Source of the DNA: Candidatus Latescibacterota bacterium
GTDB lineage: Bacteria > Latescibacterota > CBDEFO01
Length of the DNA: 64,000 nt
Assembly: GCA_965237525.1 (NCBI GenBank)
Contig: CBDEFO010000007.1
Span: 704,001-768,000 of the forward strand
Reading direction: 5' to 3'
Program-made: the position numbers and the translations under genes
Notes under the pieces: generated by a model
What the model saw: only the letters and a program-made list of their open reading frames with translations
Told to the model about the DNA's origin: nothing
Databases searched by the model: none
Part shown: in pieces, positions 60,568-64,000 of the stretch
Layout: each line of letters starts with the position of its first letter
Position numbering within the stretch: the first letter of the stretch is position 1

Positions 60568-60756
60568 GTGACTAAACAGGAGCGTTTGAAGCAGCATCGT
60601 TTAAGACTGGCCCGGTATCAGAGCATGCTCAAGGATGTGGATAATCTGATCCAAAATCTGAGGCAGGACAGAGAGTTTTTACAAGAGCAGATCGAATCGG
60701 AAGAGGAGTCAATAGATAGGTTAGTTGAAGAACTCGTTCAGACGGCCAGCGGTTAG
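60568..60756 (+). CDS. Small coiled-coil protein
   Basis: RBS gaggg; heptad-rich 62-aa ORF co-oriented with neighbours. Confidence 0.55.
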   Translation: MTKQERLKQHRLRLARYQSMLKDVDNLIQNLRQDREFLQEQIESEEESIDRLVEELVQTASG

Positions 60757-60934
60757 CAGATCCGCCAATTGTTTATGCCATTTTGACTGATGTAGCTGTC
60801 GTATCAACAGCAAATATGTAATAATGGCAGTAACATCGCATTTCTGTGGTCTCCCTTCTCTGCTCTCTATGTCTTTACTTAAGATCAATATATACAGATA
60901 GTTATTAAAATAAAAATAACACCTCCTGTTCTTT

Positions 60935-60950
60935 TGGCACAGGACTTGCA
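60935..60950 (+). promoter_or_regulatory. Sigma54 (-24/-12) promoter of hsp20
   Basis: TGGCAC-aggac-TTGCA. Confidence 0.7.
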
Positions 60951-61041
60951 TGTATAATAAAAGCACGGAAGCAGGTTAAGAAAGAAACTCGGAAGTTGAA
61001 ACGAACAACGGATTTGAGGTACTTAACAGGAGGTGTTAAAA

Positions 61042-61494
61042 ATGGCGTTAGTAAAGTGGCATCCTTTGAGCAGGTTGTCGGTCTTCGACAATCTCTTCAG
61101 AACCGATCTTGACGACTTCTTTAGCTTCAGGCTCCCATCAGTATGCAGAGACGGCTTCTCAGGGAGCTCGGAACCGAGGGTGGATATAAAAGAGACCAAT
61201 GATGAGATCACAATATCAGCCGAGCTTCCGGGGATTGACCGGAAGGACATAAGGGTCGAGGTTAAGGACAATGTCCTTTCGATAAGTGGAGAAAAGAAGG
61301 CCGAAAGCGAGGATAAAGGCGAGGGCTACTACCGCAGGGAGAGCAACTACGGAAAGTTCTACAGAGCATTCAGGATCCCTGAGGGGATAGATGTGGAGAA
61401 AGCTCAGTCCAAGTTCAAGGACGGCGTTTTGACAATCAGTCTGACCAAGCCTGAGGAAGTAAAGCCTAAGGCGATAGAGATCAAGGTTGAATAA
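61042..61494 (+). CDS. Hsp20/alpha-crystallin small heat shock protein
   Basis: PRVDIKE, AELPG, ISGEK, YGKF.R, F.DGVL. Confidence 0.93.
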   Translation: MALVKWHPLSRLSVFDNLFRTDLDDFFSFRLPSVCRDGFSGSSEPRVDIKETNDEITISAELPGIDRKDIRVEVKDNVLSISGEKKAESEDKGEGYYRRESNYGKFYRAFRIPEGIDVEKAQSKFKDGVLTISLTKPEEVKPKAIEIKVE

Positions 61495-61512
61495 CCCGTA
61501 AGCTGTAAGTTT

Positions 61513-61552
61513 AAGGCTCCTCTCCTGGGAAACCGGGAGGGGAGCTTTTTTA
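61513..61552 (+). terminator. Rho-independent terminator after hsp20
   Basis: gctcctctcctgg-gaaa-ccgggaggggagc followed by T-run. Confidence 0.8.
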
Positions 61553-61572
61553 TATGCAGCTTGTTGAGTATG

Positions 61573-62271
61573 TCAGCAGTTCTTTGCGCATCTGAAGCCG
61601 AAGTCGCTGAATCTATGGGAGGGATCTAAACTGCTGCGGGCGGCGCATCGGCTGATCTTTATTTCGTGGCGCCAGGAGCCTCCTTTGGCTACGCGCCGCA
61701 TTGCTGTATCAGGGCCTCTCGGGTTGCACTCTGGAGAATATTGGAAGTAGTGGGGATCGTACCAGTCGTAGCACCATTCGTGTACGCCGTCGTCCATGTT
61801 GTAGAGACCGTAGTTGTTAGGTTCTCCTGTTGCAACGGGCTTGAGCTCTTCCTGGCGCCCGAGGCCATAATAATCCTCATCCGAAGGTCTTCCATCTCCC
61901 CAGGGGTAATCTTTACCTTCCAGTCCGCCTCTTGAGGCCTTTTCTCTCTCGGTTTCTGTAGGCAATCTGTACTCGTCTCCTGTCAACTGGCTAAGCCATT
62001 GGCAGTAAGCGACAGCGTCGTACCAGCTCGGTCCGACCGCGGGCTGGTTGGGATTGCTGAATTTCTCCTCGTACCAGAAATCGGGTTCCTGATGTCCTGT
62101 GTCCTGTAGAAAGAAGGCATATTCTCTCCTGGTGACAGCATGTATCGCTATCCTGAAGTCATCTACCCAGACCCTGTGTACAGGTTTTTCATTGTCCCTT
62201 CCGTTGTGACTGCCCATCAGGAAATCGCCTTCGGGGATCACTACAGTTTTAGGAACTATGAATTCAGGCAT
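61573..62271 (-). CDS. Formylglycine-generating enzyme (SUMF1/FGE-sulfatase) family protein
   Basis: F.MGS, P.HRV, YRLPTE, YPWG, YGLY.M, EW..DWY, GGSW, GFRC. Confidence 0.9.
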   Translation of the reverse strand: MPEFIVPKTVVIPEGDFLMGSHNGRDNEKPVHRVWVDDFRIAIHAVTRREYAFFLQDTGHQEPDFWYEEKFSNPNQPAVGPSWYDAVAYCQWLSQLTGDEYRLPTETEREKASRGGLEGKDYPWGDGRPSDEDYYGLGRQEELKPVATGEPNNYGLYNMDDGVHEWCYDWYDPHYFQYSPECNPRGPDTAMRRVAKGGSWRHEIKISRCAARSSLDPSHRFSDFGFRCAKNC

Positions 62272-62276
62272 GTAAT

Positions 62277-62907
62277 TCAGAGAGGGAATATGAGTCCAAA
62301 GCTTATTACAAGTGTGTTTTTATCGCCGTCGGGTCTTACGAAAATCCTACCTCTTGAGGGCAGAAAGCCTCCTATCTCTATGGATGATACGAAGTCTCTG
62401 ACCTCTGCTCGTATCCCGAAGTGACGAGAGATAAGGACGTTGATGCCGCCTCCGAAGTTGAACGACAGTTCCGCTTGTTGCATCGAGGTCTTCTATATCG
62501 GTGGTAGTCCCTCCTATGCCACCTGTGGTGAACGTGACGACGCGGCTGGACAAGATAAAATTGTAGATCGCGTTTACGTGGTAGAGAAAGACTGTGGCAT
62601 CAGCGTTGAGTTTTGAGACGGCCGTGTTTGTGGTCTCATTGATGACGGTTCCTGTGAAAGATGGACGGCTCAACGCGAATCCCGCTTCAAAGGAGTAGCG
62701 TCGAGTCACATAGTATCTGTAGACGGCTCCGAAGCTTCCAGAATCGTCAAAGCGTCTATCTTCGAACTGAAAAGTTCCGATAAGGGCGGAGACCTCCGAT
62801 CTTCCGGGAGTTATCTGTGCTGAGGTCATATTAAAGGACGTAAAAAGTGTCAAAATAGCGAAAATGGTAGAGAATATGTAGGTTTTGTTTTTCAATGTCA
62901 TATCCAA
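62277..62907 (-). CDS. Outer-membrane beta-barrel protein, 1-base frameshift near 62476
   Basis: Signal peptide, amphipathic strands, FNFGGG...GIRAEVRD...ISFGLIF in the second frame. Confidence 0.75.
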
Positions 62908-62973
62908 ATTTTAGGTAGTCTGAGGTCACCCAAGCACTTTGCCGTGCTAATGTCCCAATCTCTTTGCTTCTCA

Positions 62974-63002
62974 AAGATAGTCGTAGAACACTTCCTTGTC
63001 AA
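62974..63002 (-). promoter_or_regulatory. Putative sigma70 promoter of the beta-barrel gene
   Basis: Minus strand TTGACA-17 bp-TATCTT. Confidence 0.5.
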
Positions 63003-63043
63003 CGATTTTCAAGATCTTCCGAGATGAAGTGGATCATTTTCTA

Positions 63044-63072
63044 TTGACAACGGTTACAGGCAATAGTATAAT
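63044..63072 (+). promoter_or_regulatory. Consensus sigma70 promoter
   Basis: TTGACA-17 bp-TATAAT. Confidence 0.7.
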
Positions 63073-63299
63073 ATGGTCAAGGACAATTGCTGATCCCAAA
63101 GATATGATGAAAATGTAAGGTGGAGTAGCTACAAACCTTGGGATATACTGTTATCATTATGTTCAGAGCAGTAGACTATGCCTTAAGATTCTGTTCCCGA
63201 CTTTCCTTGTCGTTGAAGGTCGGGATTTTCCCTTATATAGGGATAAGTCGCCCTGTCATAACAGTGATTTGACGCCAGTCATTTGTCATTACAACTATT

Positions 63300-64000
63300 A
63301 TGGATGTCGTTCTTAAAGCCGAACGTATAAGATGCGGTTACGGGGATGCGGATGTGCTGAGGGGCATCGATTTGGACCTTGAGAGAGGAGACTTTATCGG
63401 AGTGATCGGTCCTAACGGTTCGGGGAAGAGTACGCTTTTGAAGGCTCTAAGCGCGGTTATAGGTTTGAAAGAGGGGAGTGTCTATCTGTTTGGAAGTAGG
63501 ATAGATGAGCTTTCCAGTAAAAAGATAGCTAGAAGGGTAGGGGTAATACCTCAGGATACGATTGTGAATTTTGCCTTTTCTGTGATGGATATTGTGCTTA
63601 TGGGGAGAACTCCCCATCTGAGAAGGTTCCAATCTGTGGGAAAGAAAGATTTGGATATGGTTTATGAGGCTATGGATTGGACGAGTACAATTCACCTGAA
63701 GGATAGACTCATAACGGAGCTTTCGGGGGGAGAAAGGCAGAGGGTGATCATAGCCAGAGCCTTAGCTCAAGAGACTGACATCCTGTTTTTGGACGAACCT
63801 ACCAGCCATCTGGACATTAATCATCAGGTGGAAATATTCGATCTCCTTCATAATCTAAACCGGGAGAAAAACTTAACAATTTTATGTGTGTCTCACGATC
63901 TGAATTTTTCAGCAGAGTACTGCAGGAGGATTATGCTTTTGAAAAACGGGGTAACGTTTAGGTACGGGACGCCCCAGGAGATTATCACGGCTGAGAATAT
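63300..64000 (+). CDS. ABC transporter ATP-binding protein, iron-siderophore/cobalamin (FepC/BtuD) type; runs off window
   Basis: MDVVLKAE...GPNGSGKSTLLK...MGRTPH...LSGGERQRV.IARALAQ...LDEPTSHLD...SHDLN; absent from the ORF track because no stop lies in the window. Confidence 0.92.
   Translation, partial: MDVVLKAERIRCGYGDADVLRGIDLDLERGDFIGVIGPNGSGKSTLLKALSAVIGLKEGSVYLFGSRIDELSSKKIARRVGVIPQDTIVNFAFSVMDIVLMGRTPHLRRFQSVGKKDLDMVYEAMDWTSTIHLKDRLITELSGGERQRVIIARALAQETDILFLDEPTSHLDINHQVEIFDLLHNLNREKNLTILCVSHDLNFSAEYCRRIMLLKNGVTFRYGTPQEIITAEN

Noticed and set aside
62931..62950. CIRCE-like agcac...gtgctaa
   Set aside because: Spacing and arms do not fit TTAGCACTC-N9-GAGTGCTAA and it is not upstream of hsp20
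1..64000. Numerous short ORF-track entries nested in or antisense to annotated genes; tRNA/rRNA genes
   Set aside because: No motifs or RBS support for those ORFs; no tRNA or rRNA signatures recognised by eye (tRNAscan/Infernal not run)

Overview
Bacterial genomic window of moderate GC from a diderm, probably an uncultured lineage (a C-terminal TWGxIK motif suggests a Latescibacterota/Poribacteria-like organism; inference only). 1-25.8 kb is a patchwork of metabolic genes and decay: tandem amidohydrolases, MoeA fusion, coxM/coxS-like subunits without a large subunit, a pentapeptide-repeat protein, a glk / membrane FAD-FeS oxidoreductase / gnd / zwf block, SDR, ASKHA corrinoid activator, DUF151 nuclease, dprA, and pseudogenes of a Gfo/Idh/MocA oxidoreductase, uppP and comF. 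An IS1182-family element (25.9-27.4 kb) sits between a consensus sigma70 promoter and a ~33 kb co-oriented surface-polysaccharide locus (27.5-60.8 kb). That locus holds REC-GGDEF, ExeA-like ATPase, HD-GYP, nucleotidyltransferase, Wza, an unusual Wzc-TM-SPOR fusion, Wzy broken by a 20-bp duplication, PqqD/RRE plus HprK-related kinase, GT2/GT4/GT39, Wzx, methyltransferases, two DegT, WbqC, PIG-L, rpiA and WecA. The window ends with sigma54-driven Hsp20, an FGE-sulfatase, a beta-barrel and a truncated ABC ATPase. Intergenic DNA carries three MITEs with TTAG/CTAA target duplications and REP-like elements into which a ~22-bp palindrome has inserted repeatedly, including into itself. Four isolated single-base frameshifts may be sequencing errors. 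No rRNA, tRNA or CRISPR array was recognised.
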